NCBI RefSeq assembly: GCF_006345805.1
Contig: NC_043009.1
Span: 33,790,001-33,854,000 of the forward strand
Length of the DNA: 64,000 nt
DNA from: Octopus sinensis
Taxonomy: Eukaryota
Direction: 5' to 3'
The notes beneath the pieces are model-generated. The model was not told the DNA's origin, ran no database searches, and was given only the letters and a program-made list of their open reading frames with translations. The position numbers and the translations under genes were made by a program. Of the stretch, positions 47,737 to 64,000 are shown piece by piece; the first letter of the stretch is position 1, and the number at the start of each line of letters is the position of its first letter.

Positions 47737-50700
47737 CAGTATAAGCACATACATTTGGCGATCCTTCCTATTATGACTGTAAACTCAAAATAAAATCCAA
47801 ACAAACCACAATAACTAAACATGGCACAAACACGGACGTCATTAAATATTTAAAAACAAAACAAATATGAACGTTTATTAAATATAAAATATAATTGTAT
47901 ATAAAAAAATATATTTAATAAGGATGGAACTTCTTGAATAAGGGTAGTATTTTGGGATTTAATATAGCTATCACTAATGAATCGTTTATTTGCGAGTTAA
48001 ATGCCTTATTTTCTCAGAAACTGCACAGAACCCGTCTCATGTAATAATTAATAACCTTCGCTGTGTTCCATGGATTATATTTTATTTAAAATAGGTTGTT
48101 GTGATTTGAGGAATAGTTGACAGCTATTTCTTGCAGGTCGAGTAACCGGGAAGTGACTCCCATAGATCCGTTTTTGTGCCAAATGTCAAGGTGGTTTAAA
48201 AATTAATTTATTAAAATAAACTTGTTGTGGTAAAGTAATTACTACAGCATTAGATTTATCGTCGTCAGATAAATTTTCCGTTCATGCTTGAATGTTGTTG
48301 GTAACGCCGTTCGTTTTACAAGTTTGGGTTCAAATCCTGGCAACATCGATACTACTTTCATTTTGTGGGCGAGGATGGGGTCAGTAGAATAGATAGAATC
48401 AGTTAAATTAAGCACACTCCTCTTACAAAAAATGTTTGGCCTTCTGCCCAAGTTGCAAATAATTGTTAATCCAATAAACGGCAGTATTGACTTCTTGCAT
48501 TGAACAGACACTTCCAACGTCTAGAGAATTTGTGGTGTTTATGGCTTCCCCTTTTAAATAAAGAAATCTTTTTCAATAGAGTTTAACTTGCCATTCTGAA
48601 ACTTCAGTTGGGGTCAGTTTCTTTGGCGACTGCTGAAGAATTTTTTTTTTACGTGGCCAATCTATTTGCCATAGGAAATATTTTGATGTCTGTTGCCAGA
48701 AATGGAGTGAGTGTGATTATGTCAAACTGTTTAGAATCTGTGTTGTTTAGTATGACGTTTATCTCAGGATGGTAACTCTTTGAATATATATTTTATTTTA
48801 TTTGTAAAACACAGACTTATACATATAGATTTGTATAGCCCACGGAAGGTTAATTACAGGGTTTTTTTTTAAAAACTCGTCGTCATCACTCATCATTAAT
48901 ATTTTACGTCTATTTTTCCATGGGTTGTCATCGTTGAAATGGATCTCACAGCATCTCGCTGCTTGTTATGCTCCTTCGGTGCTTCACATAACACAACAGC
49001 AGAGAAAATAGCCAATCTTCTTTCATTGTATTCGTGGGTTTTATGGCTAGAACACCTTTCTGTTGCCTAGATGTTTTAAAAATATTTATTGAACTCATGT
49101 AAACTATATTTAACACCATATAAGGCGGCGAGCTGGCAGAAACGTTAGCACGCCGGGCGAAATGCGTAGCCGTATTTCGTCTGTCGTTACGTTGTGAGTT
49201 CAAATTCCGCCGAGGTCGACTTTGCCTTTCATCCTAACGGGGTCGATAAATTAAGTACCAGTTACGCACTGGAGTCGATGTAAACGACTTAATCCCTTTG
49301 TCTGTCCTTGTTTGTCCCCTCTATGTTTAGCCCCTTGTAGGCAATAAAGAAATATATATTTAACACCATATATTTTCTGGAAGTTCATACAAACCATAAG
49401 TTGGACCTTGTCAAAAGATATACCTGGCTGACAAATGCTTCTAGTTTGTTCTTTACTAAGGGTTCCTCTGACAGGTTTCTTATCAATAATACATAAACAA
49501 AGATATTAATTTTTTTTTGTAAAAATGTTGTTTCTAGACTGGGGATGTTTCCTAGAATATAAACTGCAAACGGCATTTCTCTATAGCTATTTCTGTTCTT
49601 TTATTGAAGTGTGTGCAGAAGATGGAAGAAAATTGCTAACGACCCTGTTTTGTGGCGAACAGTTGACATCCGAAGTTATTCTTGTGATTTAAAGGCTCTG
49701 AAAATCTTAATGAAAGCACATTTTCAAAGTTCACTTCAATGCCTGAAACTGCAAGGATTCCGAAGAAATCCTAGTAAGTTTGTCACTTTTATTTCATATA
49801 GTTTTGTAATCCAGCTGGTGGCACATAAAAAGCACCCATCACACTCAGTAAAGGGGTTGGTGTTAGGAAGGGCATCCAGCTGTAGAAATCAAACTAAAAC
49901 AGACAATTGGAGTCTGGACAGCTCCTGTCAAACTGTCTAACCCATGCCAGCATGGAAAATAGATGTTAAACGATGATGATAATAATGGTTTGTTTGTTGT
50001 TTAACTCCAGGTTAAACCTGATCAAGGAGGCCTATGACCAAAGTCACCGCAGCCCTGATCATCTTGTCCTTTTGTATATCAGAGAACCACCAGCTTCACC
50101 TGTAGACAAAATGCAATTCTATTTGTCTCAGTTAATCTAACTGGAAATACATAATTGGGTGGCTACAGGGTACAACATCCACTTCAGTATTTATGTGGTT
50201 ACAGAGCAGTACACCCACAAAGTAAAGCTGTGTGGCCCAGTACTAGACTGCTGTACTCGCAATCATAAAGTCATGGGTTCAGTTCCTAGACCAGACAGTA
50301 CATTGTGTTCTCGAGCAAGCTAATTCATTTCTTCTTACTCCACTTTTGTGGAAACAAGTTGCATCTACAGCAGAATGGTGCTTCACTGACTTCTCATCAC
50401 AAATCTTTCTAAATGTTAGTGGTCCTTGATGTGCATGACCCTGAGATTAATGGACACTCACCTAATTGTTTGGGGAGTCCATACACTTATGCATTTAAGT
50501 AGTTACGGCATAGCGCATCCTTTTAGATATTTAGGTGGTTACAGTCTACTACATCCACTTCATGTTTTAAAAATATTTCTTTTAACAATTTATAGAAAAA
50601 TCTAGCCTCTACATGATCACCGAAGCTGCTAGAAATAACACCCGAAATCTTTCCAAAGTTCCATTCTGCTGTCTCAAAAAAAAGGAAGCATACATTGGAT

Positions 50701-53700
50701 AAAATAGTCCTAGATACATAATGTCTGAAATGGGATGGTCATGACTGGAATACCTTTAACCCTTTAGCATTCATATTTCTTTTTCAAAAGTAAAGCTTGT
50801 TTACTTACATTATTTTGAATTAATCATGGATTATCTCACAGCTTTAAGATTTCAATGGTGTGTTTGTATATTTTTCGAAGGACATTGTAGAGTAGGTGTG
50901 AGAGGCTGGATCTGGTCAGTTTGAACATAAAGCAGGTGAAATATTTTGGTCGGATTAAATGCTAAAGGGTTAATCGTAGGTCTGCTTCTGGAGTTAAACA
51001 ACAACCTCAGTTCCTGGATAAATTATTATATCATCATCACCATTTTTATGTCTATTTTTTTTCCCCATGCTGACTTTGGTTGAATGAGATTTCTGGAGGC
51101 AGCATTCCATCCAGATGCCATTCCTGACATCAATCTATGTTTTTTGAAGTAAGCTACTTTATTCTATGTTGAACTGCTGCCAGACATTTTCTCTATGGAA
51201 GACATAAATGTCACTGTGACTGCAGTGATAAGCAGAGACACACACACACACATGACAGGCTTCCATACAGTTTCTATCTTCCAGTTTTAGTCAGAAGGCA
51301 TTGGTCAGCCAGGGTCTACAGCAGAAGACATCTGCTCAAGGTTTTATGCACTGGGGCGGCACTTGAAACCTCATGGCTGTAAGGCAAACTTCTAAACCAT
51401 ACAGCCACATCCGTCGTCATCGTTGTTTTTTAACATCTGCTTTCCATGCTGGCATGGGTTGGCCTATGTGCCAATTATAATTTGTAAAAGGAAAAAAAGC
51501 TCCAGAACTCACAACTGTGAAATTACTGTTGCTGTAACCATGGTAACAGTGTGCACACAGACCCTTATGACCATAGAACAGTTTATACCCAGGGTTAATA
51601 ATACAGTAACTTAATGTTAGTCATTGTTTTTCATTATATAAATGAATAATAATAATGATTTCAAATGTTGACACTAGGCCAGCAATTTCGGGTGAAGGGG
51701 ATAAGTCGATTACATCGACCCCAGTGTTCAACTAATATTTATTTTATTGATCCCAAAAGGATGAAAGGCAAAGTTGACCTCTGCAGAATTTGAACTGAGA
51801 ATGTAAAAACAGACAAAATGCCGCCAAACATTTTGCCCTGAATGCTAACAACTCTGCCTTGTTATTATTAATACAACTACTATTACTACTAATAATAATT
51901 CTCTTATCTGGGTGTAAGATCAGTTTCTGTAACTGTGGGGCCTAAAACTGAATTTGTTTCAATAAGGTTCGAACTAAAAAAGAAAAAAAAATGCAAGTGA
52001 CTTTCACAGTCCAAATACTGAAAACAATCTAGTTTGGTGCCTTATTTTTTCTGGGTTATTTACATAAAATGATATTGTCGTCTGAAAATTGGAGTTGATA
52101 ACATCTTTTACAAGTGTATAAAGATGAGTTGAAGTTCTATTTTACTTTCAGAGTGAATATCGTTAGATCCGTGCTGGTGGCACGTAAAAAGCACCATCTG
52201 ATCGTGGCCGTTGCCAGCCTCACCTGGCCTCTGTGCCGGTGGCACGTAAAAAGTTTGCATCTAACAAATCCACTCACAAGGTTTTGGTTGGCCCAGTGCT
52301 ATTCCAGACCGAACCATCTGAACGTGGCCGTTGCCAGTGCCGCCCTGACTGGCCTCTGTGCCGGTGGCACATAAAAAGCACCATCCGATTGTGGCCGTTT
52401 GCCAGCCTCGTCTGGCACCTGTGCTGGTGGCACGTAAAAAGCACCCACTACACTCATGGAGTGGTTGGCGTTATGAAGGGCATCCAGCCGTAGAAACATT
52501 GCCAGATCAGACTGGGCCTGGTGCAGCCTTCTGGCTTCCCAGACCCCAGTTGCACCGTCCAACCCATGCCAGCATGGAAAGCGGATGCTAAACGATGATG
52601 ATGATAGGACTTGTCAAGTGAAATCATAGTTATAACTGTTACCAGTGTCATGTGAAAGGCACCTGTGCTAGTGACATGTAAAAGGCACCTGTGATGGTGA
52701 TACATACAAGGCACTTGTGCCGATGACAAATAAAAGGCACCCACTGCACTTTGTGGAGTGGTTGACATTAGGTCAGGCATCAAACCATAGAAACTGAGTC
52801 AAATCAGACTGGAACCTGGTATAGCTCCTTGGTTTATCAGTTCCACTTAAACCATCCAATCCATGCCAGCATGGAAAACAGATGCCAAATGATGATAATG
52901 TGGAACCAAACTTTTGAAAATTTTATTAAAAACAGATAATCAAATTTTATGATGAATATTAAATTGTCAAAAAAATATTTGATTTTCTTTGAATAATCTG
53001 GTCTGAGGAAAAAGATTGCTTATGCTCCTTTGCATGTTCTCAGACAACTTTAAAAAGATTTTTCTTAGTTTTCTAAAAGGGTTTGTTTTTTTTTTAACCA
53101 GAAAGAGCTTTAACCCTTTCGTTACCAAACCGCCCAAAGCCGCCCGAAAAAAATTTTGGTTAATGTGACCAAACCGCCCGTATTTACCTATTCATATTTA
53201 AATGAGAATATCAGAGCAAATCTCTTTAGTACATTCGTGAAAACACGTATTATATTTCGTAAACAGTTCAACTACAGTTTTGTACAACAATCGAAGTGTA
53301 ATTTTAATTCCGTGAATTTTGGGAGATTTTTTTCTGAAATTTGTTCCTATTGTTTTCAAAATTTGTAATTCTGACAAAAAATGGATACGAATTTCATTAT
53401 ATCAAGCTGCGAGTCAGAATTCGAAGGATTTTCTACTGAAGACCTTCATAAATCTAACTCTATGACTGAAAAAAAAAAGCACGTGGTATTTGATAATGAA
53501 TCTGATGTTTCATCATCATCATCATCATTTTCCGAAAGTGAAAACAGTGAATCCGAGAGCTCCAACAGCGATAAAGAAAATGAATTGGCACCTGAATGGA
53601 GTGAAAATTTAAAAACTGTTTCTTTCGGTGATTTTTCTGAAGAAACTGGACCAAGCCACAGACTTTCCCAGGAGAGTAAAGCCTTAGACTATTTCTTTTT

Positions 53701-54987
53701 ACTTTTTCGAATGAGCCTATTTGAAATCATTACGGCGGAAACAAACCGTTACGCTAAATGTAAACAAAGCGAAAGAAAGGATAGTTAGTGGTTTCCCACA
53801 ACCTTAAATGAAATTAAGACTATTTTGCCATAAATATTATTATGGGTATCAGAAAGTTACCCAGAATAACAAATTCTATCGTAAAATTTTGTTGTATACC
53901 CAATTGAATATTAGCTAATAACCCATTTTCTATAGCGATGTTTGAACAAAATTTTAATAATTTTATATTTTGTTGAATTTACCTGTATCTACCTGCAATT
54001 AGAGTCACTTTGTGACAAAAATTATAGTATAGAATTGGTTGAGAACATTTCATTAAATTATCTTCCAAAAATCAGATTAATATATTGATAAATAAAAAAG
54101 TTATAGTTGTTTAATGAAACCAGACTAAATTTATGATTATGTTAGAAATTAATTGAAACACATAAGGGGTGTATTTTGGTCAGAAATATAGTAACGAAAA
54201 GGTTAAAAGAAACTTTTTTTAGTTTTCTTAATAAAAAAATTATAGATTTCTTTCAAAGATAGGACCATTCCTAGATTCTCTTGTGGTTCTATCAGTAGAC
54301 GAAAATGATGTCTTGATATTTTAATGAGTTTTTTTTTTTCTTGCAGGACGTTCCATCAAATGGAATTGTAAAGTTATTTCCAACAAAGTTCTGGAAGATT
54401 TGCGTAACAAATGTCCCAATCTCAATAATTTGAGTTTAAAATCAGTTAATATACATCATATTGATGGTAACAAGTTAATGCCTTCATTAATTCATTTAAC
54501 AATTAAAAGTTGTATGTGGACACCAAATTGGTTTTGTGGACTTCAGAATCAAATTCCCAATCTTCAAACATTGAATTTGTCAATGACAACACGAGTGGAT
54601 GATTTAGATATGAAAGACATCTCAGCTTTTCGATTCTTAAAAAAACTTTACATTAATTATTGCTATCGCGTGACAGATAACGGTCTGAAAACGGTGTGTG
54701 ATAACCTGACACATTTAGAAACATTTGAGTTTTCAAAGGTCACTTGTACTGACAGTGGAATCTATTATATAGCTAATTCCTTACTCATGTTGCAAAATGT
54801 AAATGTTGCTCATTGTACAATGTTGAGTGGGAAAAGTTTGGAAGAATTATTACGGAAGAAACAGTCTTTGAAATGGATAAATGTAAGTTATTGTACATTG
54901 AATCCTCATGAACTGGAATTGTTGAGCCAATGCCGTGAAGATGTTTTGGTTTATAGACAATCAAAACTTGCCGAATTCTTGGATTAA
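47290..54987 (+). CDS. FBXL12: F-box/LRR-repeat protein 12-like, 3 coding exons, 302 aa; whole-gene span
   Basis: join(47290-47393,49610-49773,54347-54987) = 909 nt, intact. F-box LPDSLILMIFQNLPVKSLCICGAVCRRWKKIANDPVLWRTVD resembles FBXL12 LPDSVLLEIFSYLPV...VCHRWKRLVDDRWLWRHVD; C-terminal LRRs (KCPNLNNLSL, LKKLYINYCYRVTDNGL). Confidence 0.88.
49123..49354 (+). mobile_element. Young family B SINE with 18-bp TSD (FBXL12-like intron 1)
   Basis: TSD TATATTTAACACCATATA at 49105-49122 and 49355-49372; CpG-rich; B box gagttcaaattcc. Confidence 0.92.
49610..49773 (+). CDS. FBXL12: FBXL12-like exon 2
   Basis: TGAAG|T VCRRWKKIANDPVLW...GFRRNP A|GTAAGT, phase 2 to 1. Confidence 0.9.
50760..50969. mobile_element. 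TTAA-flanked MITE, 210 bp, perfect 12-bp TIR
   Basis: TTAA-CCCTTTAGCATT ... AATGCTAAAGGG-TTAA. Confidence 0.9.
52165..52605 (+). mobile_element. RTE 3' tail composite containing an antisense family A SINE fragment
   Basis: About 60-bp tandem units gtggcacgtaaaaagcaccatc..., SINE piece at about 52253-52302, (GAT)n tail. Confidence 0.7.
53114..54202 (+). mobile_element. Internally deleted piggyBac transposon (1089 bp) with 5' transposase remnant
   Basis: TTAA TSD both sides; TIR CCCTTTCGTTAC / GTAACGAAAAGG; ORF 53381-53788 with acidic N-terminus and DYFFLLF...IITAETNRYA, then *WFPTTLNEIK and frameshifted AINIIMGIRKLP (PGBD N-terminal motifs). Confidence 0.9.
54347..54987 (+). CDS. FBXL12: FBXL12-like exon 3 (LRRs, stop)
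   Basis: poly-T TTGCAG|GA in frame with ORF 54400-54987. Confidence 0.92.
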
Positions 54988-54996
54988 AATATTTAT

Positions 54997-55002
54997 AATA
55001 AA
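54997..55002 (+). terminator. Candidate polyadenylation signal of FBXL12-like
   Basis: AATAAA 10 nt after the stop; a second AATAAA near 55023; AT-rich context makes this weak. Confidence 0.35.
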
Positions 55003-56240
55003 ACGTTCCAGACACACCAACTAATAAATTTAATTAAATTATTTTTTTTTTAATATTTGATAAACTTGCAAATATTTCTTCAGAGATTTTCTTAATAAAT
55101 TTTCCATGACACACTCACTTTTAATTGAAGCAGTTTATAATACTGAAACATGTTTTAATCTTGTGAAAGGGTCACTGATATCAAGCTGGAGGGGACCAAA
55201 GAACATAAATCAAGTAATCGTAGAATACAGGGGTCAAGCATGCAAGGAGGGCTTGTAACTGTTGTTGTTTAACCCTAGGTCAAGCTTCATCTGGTGGACC
55301 TGTAATCAGACATGTTTTAACTGTGACCATCCAGTCTTTGAGATACTGTGTATTTATGACTACATCATCGAATGTGATAGCTATTAAGTAGGAGTGGAAT
55401 TTGCAAGAAGATTTCACTGCTATTTCTAGTAAGGTAAGTGACCTTGTAGAGGCTTGATAAACTTTGTGATGATTGGTGGAATATAAAGTGAAATGTTCAA
55501 CTTTAATCTCTCACCTCTACAAGTCAAATTAGATTAGGGATGAAAGGATTAATGGAGGTGCAAGGTGAACTACCCTTCATTGGTCCCTTCACGTAGCCAA
55601 ATCTGCAGGAAAGGGAGGGATTGATCCTAATGCTTGACTGGTCCTTAATTCAGCAAACTGAAGGAGATGGAAGGCAGGGTTGGCCTCAGCAGAATTTCAA
55701 TTCAACCAACAAGACTGTGCCTTGTAAAAAAAAAAAAAACATTCCGAAGGTGACAAGAAGGAACCACCTTTATATTCTCCCACAAAAATTCAATGACAAA
55801 TATAGTATTGGTCACAGAAGTGAGTAGGCACCATTTGTTGTCTTGATTGGTGCAAGGAAGAGAGTTTAATTCCCCAAAACATCACCAAACTGATCAATGT
55901 TCTGGACTGACCAACAGTAATACACCTGGTTATAATCCTTCTATTGATCAACGTTACACAGGGAATCATTATCCTATATTTTTTATTGTAATTATTTGCA
56001 AGGTAATTAGAAACCTTATTATACTGGTCGTACATGACACAATTGAGTTTCTGCAAATGGTTTACGATACTTTTTAATAAATGTACTTTTATATCAATTT
56101 TAAGTGATCCAAAATTTGACTTCCATTAACTGAACAGGGAGAGCCTGGTCTTCATAAATTGTAATGGGTAAAAAGTTAAGGTCTCTGAATAACTTAATGA
56201 TATTGAATCTTAAACTATGTGCCAATTGGTTTTAAATGTC

Positions 56241-56735
56241 AATAATAATAATAATAATAATAATAATTGTGTACAGTGCTCAGGTGCACTACAACTCATC
56301 TAAAGTGTATATATAATCAGGTGTAGTTTCGGCGGATTTCGGAAAGCATGAGGGCCTTAAAGGATGCAGTGTCATGGCAGTCAACAACTGACGCAGGCAG
56401 TTTATTCCATGCTTCAGCAACTCTGAGCGTGAAAAAATGTTTCCGAAAGTCATGGGAGCTGTGTTGTTTTCTGACTTTGTAGGCATGTCCACGTGTGTTG
56501 GACACATGGAGATCAAAAAAGGTGTTCAGTGTTGTTGTTGGTGAGGTGGTTGATAACTTTGTGGGTGTTTACCAAGTCCGTCGCCAGACGCCGGAGCTTC
56601 AGTGAATCCATGCCCAGGGAAACAAGGCGCTCAGAATATGGTAGGTGTCTGATGGAGGGTATGCGTTTGGTTGCACGTCTCTGGACAGATTCCAGGAGGT
56701 CAATGTTCTAAGCAAGATAGGGGTTCCAAGTATTT
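56241..56735 (-). mobile_element. CR1-clade LINE 3' end with short AT-rich trinucleotide tail
   Basis: WNPYLA*NIDLLESVQRRATKRIP...LKLRRL and SNTRGHAYK...RKHFFTLRVAEAWNKLPASVV are canonical CR1 C-terminal motifs. Confidence 0.9.
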
Positions 56736-57910
56736 CAGAACCTTCATTCACCCTCTACACTTGAGAATCACCTGCTGCTTTCTTTCTCATTACTTAAATT
56801 AGTGTTCTACCCTAAAATCTAATATTTAACAATGTTATTTTTTTTGTTAACTTGCATGTTTCTTGTTTCTCCTTATTCAATCAATCCAGTTAACATACAG
56901 TACTATCTAGTCAACCCACACTTTTAGTAATCCATAATAAACCAAGAAGTCTTTTACTGGGTTTTAGCACTGGACTGTGGGCATCATTTTCAAGGGTTTT
57001 AGTCTAGTCATATGAATCTAGTACTTATTTCAGCCAGGTGAACAATTTTTATTAATCTCTACTTATCAAACTGCTAAGTTACACATTGATGAAGGACATA
57101 ACAACACACACGTGATCGCTTTCTGCAAACTGCATTGCTATGCCTGTCACTGGATCTTTTAACTTTAAATTAGGGGCATCTCATGTGGATTACTTTAGCT
57201 ACATCAACACCAAAATGCAGTATGTTGGGTTTTAATTCTCACTGAACATGAAATCACAGTAAACATTTATCTACAAGAATCCCTAAAACTTTGAAAAAAC
57301 ACAATCTTAGAAATGGAAGTGAAACAAAGCAGTAACAAAAGGCAATGTCTTTAAAAATATTATATATTCTATAAAATAAGATAACATTGATTCCTTGAGT
57401 TGGCAGAAGGTCACCAATTCCTCACTTGGTGTAATTCACTGGACAAATTCCTAGCAGTATATGACTGGTTATTATTTATACACCATAGGTGGGAAAGACT
57501 GTGTTAACCTCAGCAGGATTTGAACTCAGAACAATGAAACAAAATTTAATACTGAAGTATTTGTGAGGTCTTTTACTCCAATGAACAATCATTTCTACCA
57601 ACCACAACTTGTTAATGTTGTGAATCACAGTTTGGATGAGCTGTTAGGATTTGACATGTCACCTGGGTCGAGTCCTTCTTCATGTCTGTGACATAACCCA
57701 GTGAAAAAGGTGGCCAGTTTAAACAATTAGAGCATTGTTTAAATGGATCGTTTCGACAGATTGCAGTGCTGGGCTGAAATCTGACAAACTCGAAGACTGC
57801 GATAGAAAGAGACTCCAGAGTTTCTTTCAGATATTTTTAGGAGAATGCCAACTATCGACCATTTGTGGTAGCATTAAATACAAGAGACCAAATACTGTTG
57901 GTATCCCTCT

Positions 57911-62095
<4,185 letters not shown>

Positions 62096-62519
62096 TTTCG
62101 ACTGTAATTAATATTAATATAAATAATTATTAAGTCCAAATCGAACATGAAAGTTAAGTAAAAGTCACTGAACCGGTGTAACAGGAAATGTTTCCCTACT
62201 TATTTTATGTCATTGTCTATCTGATTCCAAGTTGTTAAATTAGTATCTAGAATCGGTTGAGGCGTCGGAATAATAGTTAGCAGTATTTAGTTACTGTTGT
62301 TTAGGTTCTGACTTCAAATAGAATCGAGATCAAATGTAGCCTTCTTCCTTCCGGGTCGATTAAATAAGTATCGCTCTAGTACTGAATCGATAAATTCTCT
62401 ATAGCTTCCCCACAAATTTGTTGCTGTGTTATTTGTTAGAAATCATATTATTTTATTATCACCTACGATGTTTTCTAATACTTTCTGAAGAGAAAAAAAA
62501 CAACAAAATATTTAGTTAA

Positions 62520-63070
62520 TATTTACAACCCATTAACCAAAAATTTCTTTAATTTAGATAAAGTAATGTAAATAAATAAAATATTTCGGAAAAAAAGAAG
62601 AAACATGCTCCCCAGAAAAAAATAGTCTGGTGGTGTTAAATCAGGTGATCTTGGTGGCCAAAGTCCCTTCGAAATAATCCATTCAATGGAAAACTCTTGA
62701 AGTAGTGCCGTGGTAATGCACAAAGCATGTGCTGTTGCTCCATCTTGCTGAAAGTAAGCATTATTAACTTCACTTCCAGTGAGTTGGCCTACAAATGGAT
62801 AGACAATATTTGAGCAATATCTCTTCGTGTCTTCAAAAAGTCTCTCTGTATAACATGTTGTATGTTCACTCAGGGAAATAATAGAAGAAACAAACAGTGA
62901 GACTTTATTTCTCTGCTAAATAATTCAGTGGACAAAATAAACACATTATTGGTTTTGGTAGTTGTATAGTCGTCCATTGTTTGGATAATTCAGCTCTGGC
63001 CATCGTTGGTTACATGTGTTTCGTTATATCAGCAGGAAAATAACATGACTCGTCTTCATGAAAATCTCTC
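62520..63070 (-). mobile_element. Tc1/mariner transposase fossil (catalytic domain)
   Basis: AYFQQDGATAHA and WPPRSPDLTPPDYFF match the mariner FQQDGAxAH and WPPRSPDLxPxDFF motifs. Confidence 0.85.
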
Positions 63071-64000
63071 TGTCATAGATGTTTTGTTAACTTAATATAT
63101 ATGCAGAGGTAGGCTCCAGCATAGAGTTAAGTTAGTTGTTTTAGAATGGATTATGCATGTGATTGGATCCTCAATCCAATCCTGATTCTGCATAATACTT
63201 GACCAATCAAAGTACAGGACTCAACCAATGTTCCAAACTTAAATGGTAGGTCAGACGGCTGACCATTACAGATTAACGTGTGGAGCCTATAAAAGGCTAG
63301 TCGACTCTAATATCCTGTAATAGAAATTGATCTTGTTACACACTTATTGACTCCACTGAGAAAGTCTTCAGTGCTCACACAGATATCCAGGGACATCTCA
63401 ATGAGCAGTCACAATACCTGCAAGAGGGAGTAGGACAGCCTATAGTTGCTGGAAATATTGTCCCCATGAACCAGCTAGGCTGGGGGCCCTGTAACAGGGT
63501 TTGTGGAGGAATTATGGTCCTTCTGTAACCCATAGAGTGGGAACATTGTTGTTGGATGTTAGTAAATTTTGTGTGATCCAATTTTTTGGTTGGAATATGT
63601 TGCACCACATTCCCATGTATGTCATGAGAAATTTCTCTATTTTTTCATGTTCTTGTGGTGCAACCACTCTCATGTTACTGATGTGTTGTTTCATGGTCCA
63701 CACATAGTTCTGCAGGCTGTCTACTGATGTTCTACAGATTTGTCGATAGAAAGGCATACAATTTCATTGTTCCTAATATGCTGTTTAAACTTTTGCAAGT
63801 CTTTGGCTACCACTGAAACAAGTTGGTGGGCTTCCACTTCACTAAGCTTCGTAGTAGTTTTATTATACTGGTCTAAAGAAAATTTTGCTTCTTCTCACCA
63901 TCCACATATGGTGGGACGCACACATTTTTGTTGAATAGTAAATCATATTGTCATATCAATAGAACTTGTCGTTGGAGTTATAGATGAGAATCTAGGGTGC

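Noticed and set aside
52165-52445. Short repeated units resembling a CRISPR array
   Set aside because: About 60-bp tandem units of the RTE 3' UTR with related, non-unique intervening sequence; eukaryotic context and no cas genes.
55790-56080. DQCSGLTN-like motif suggesting a DNA transposase remnant
   Set aside because: Too degenerate to assign by eye.
63375-63934. Several 64-81 aa ORFs at the window end
   Set aside because: No splice-consistent or homologous frame recognised; possibly a TE fossil.

Overview
AT-rich, intron-rich animal genomic DNA with no prokaryotic features. The repeat landscape (tRNA-headed SINEs with central microsatellites, RTE LINE 3' tails ending in (GAT)n, Penelope/CR1/mariner/piggyBac fossils) suggests an octopus or other coleoid cephalopod; this taxon call is an inference from recall, not a search. 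Three spliced genes were reconstructed by hand from GT-AG boundaries and protein similarity: a 16-exon INF2-like formin (+, 9344-29982), a 3-exon FBXL12-like F-box/LRR gene (+, 47290-54987) and 4-exon TFB1M (-, 62095-57911). Most interesting observations: (1) a minimal type I hammerhead ribozyme with palindromic stem III at 44678-44726, plus a decayed second one; (2) the formin has no polyproline FH1 and a +1 frame break at an ATT-TGA-C site just before FH2; (3) a young Mutator-type MITE with a 9-bp TSD sits 12 nt from the TFB1M exon 1 donor; (4) TFB1M exons 2 and 3 are out of phase by one base. The two frame problems may simply be consensus indel errors. Most ORFs in the supplied track are repeat-derived and not genes. 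TE boundaries without a stated TSD/TIR are approximate.
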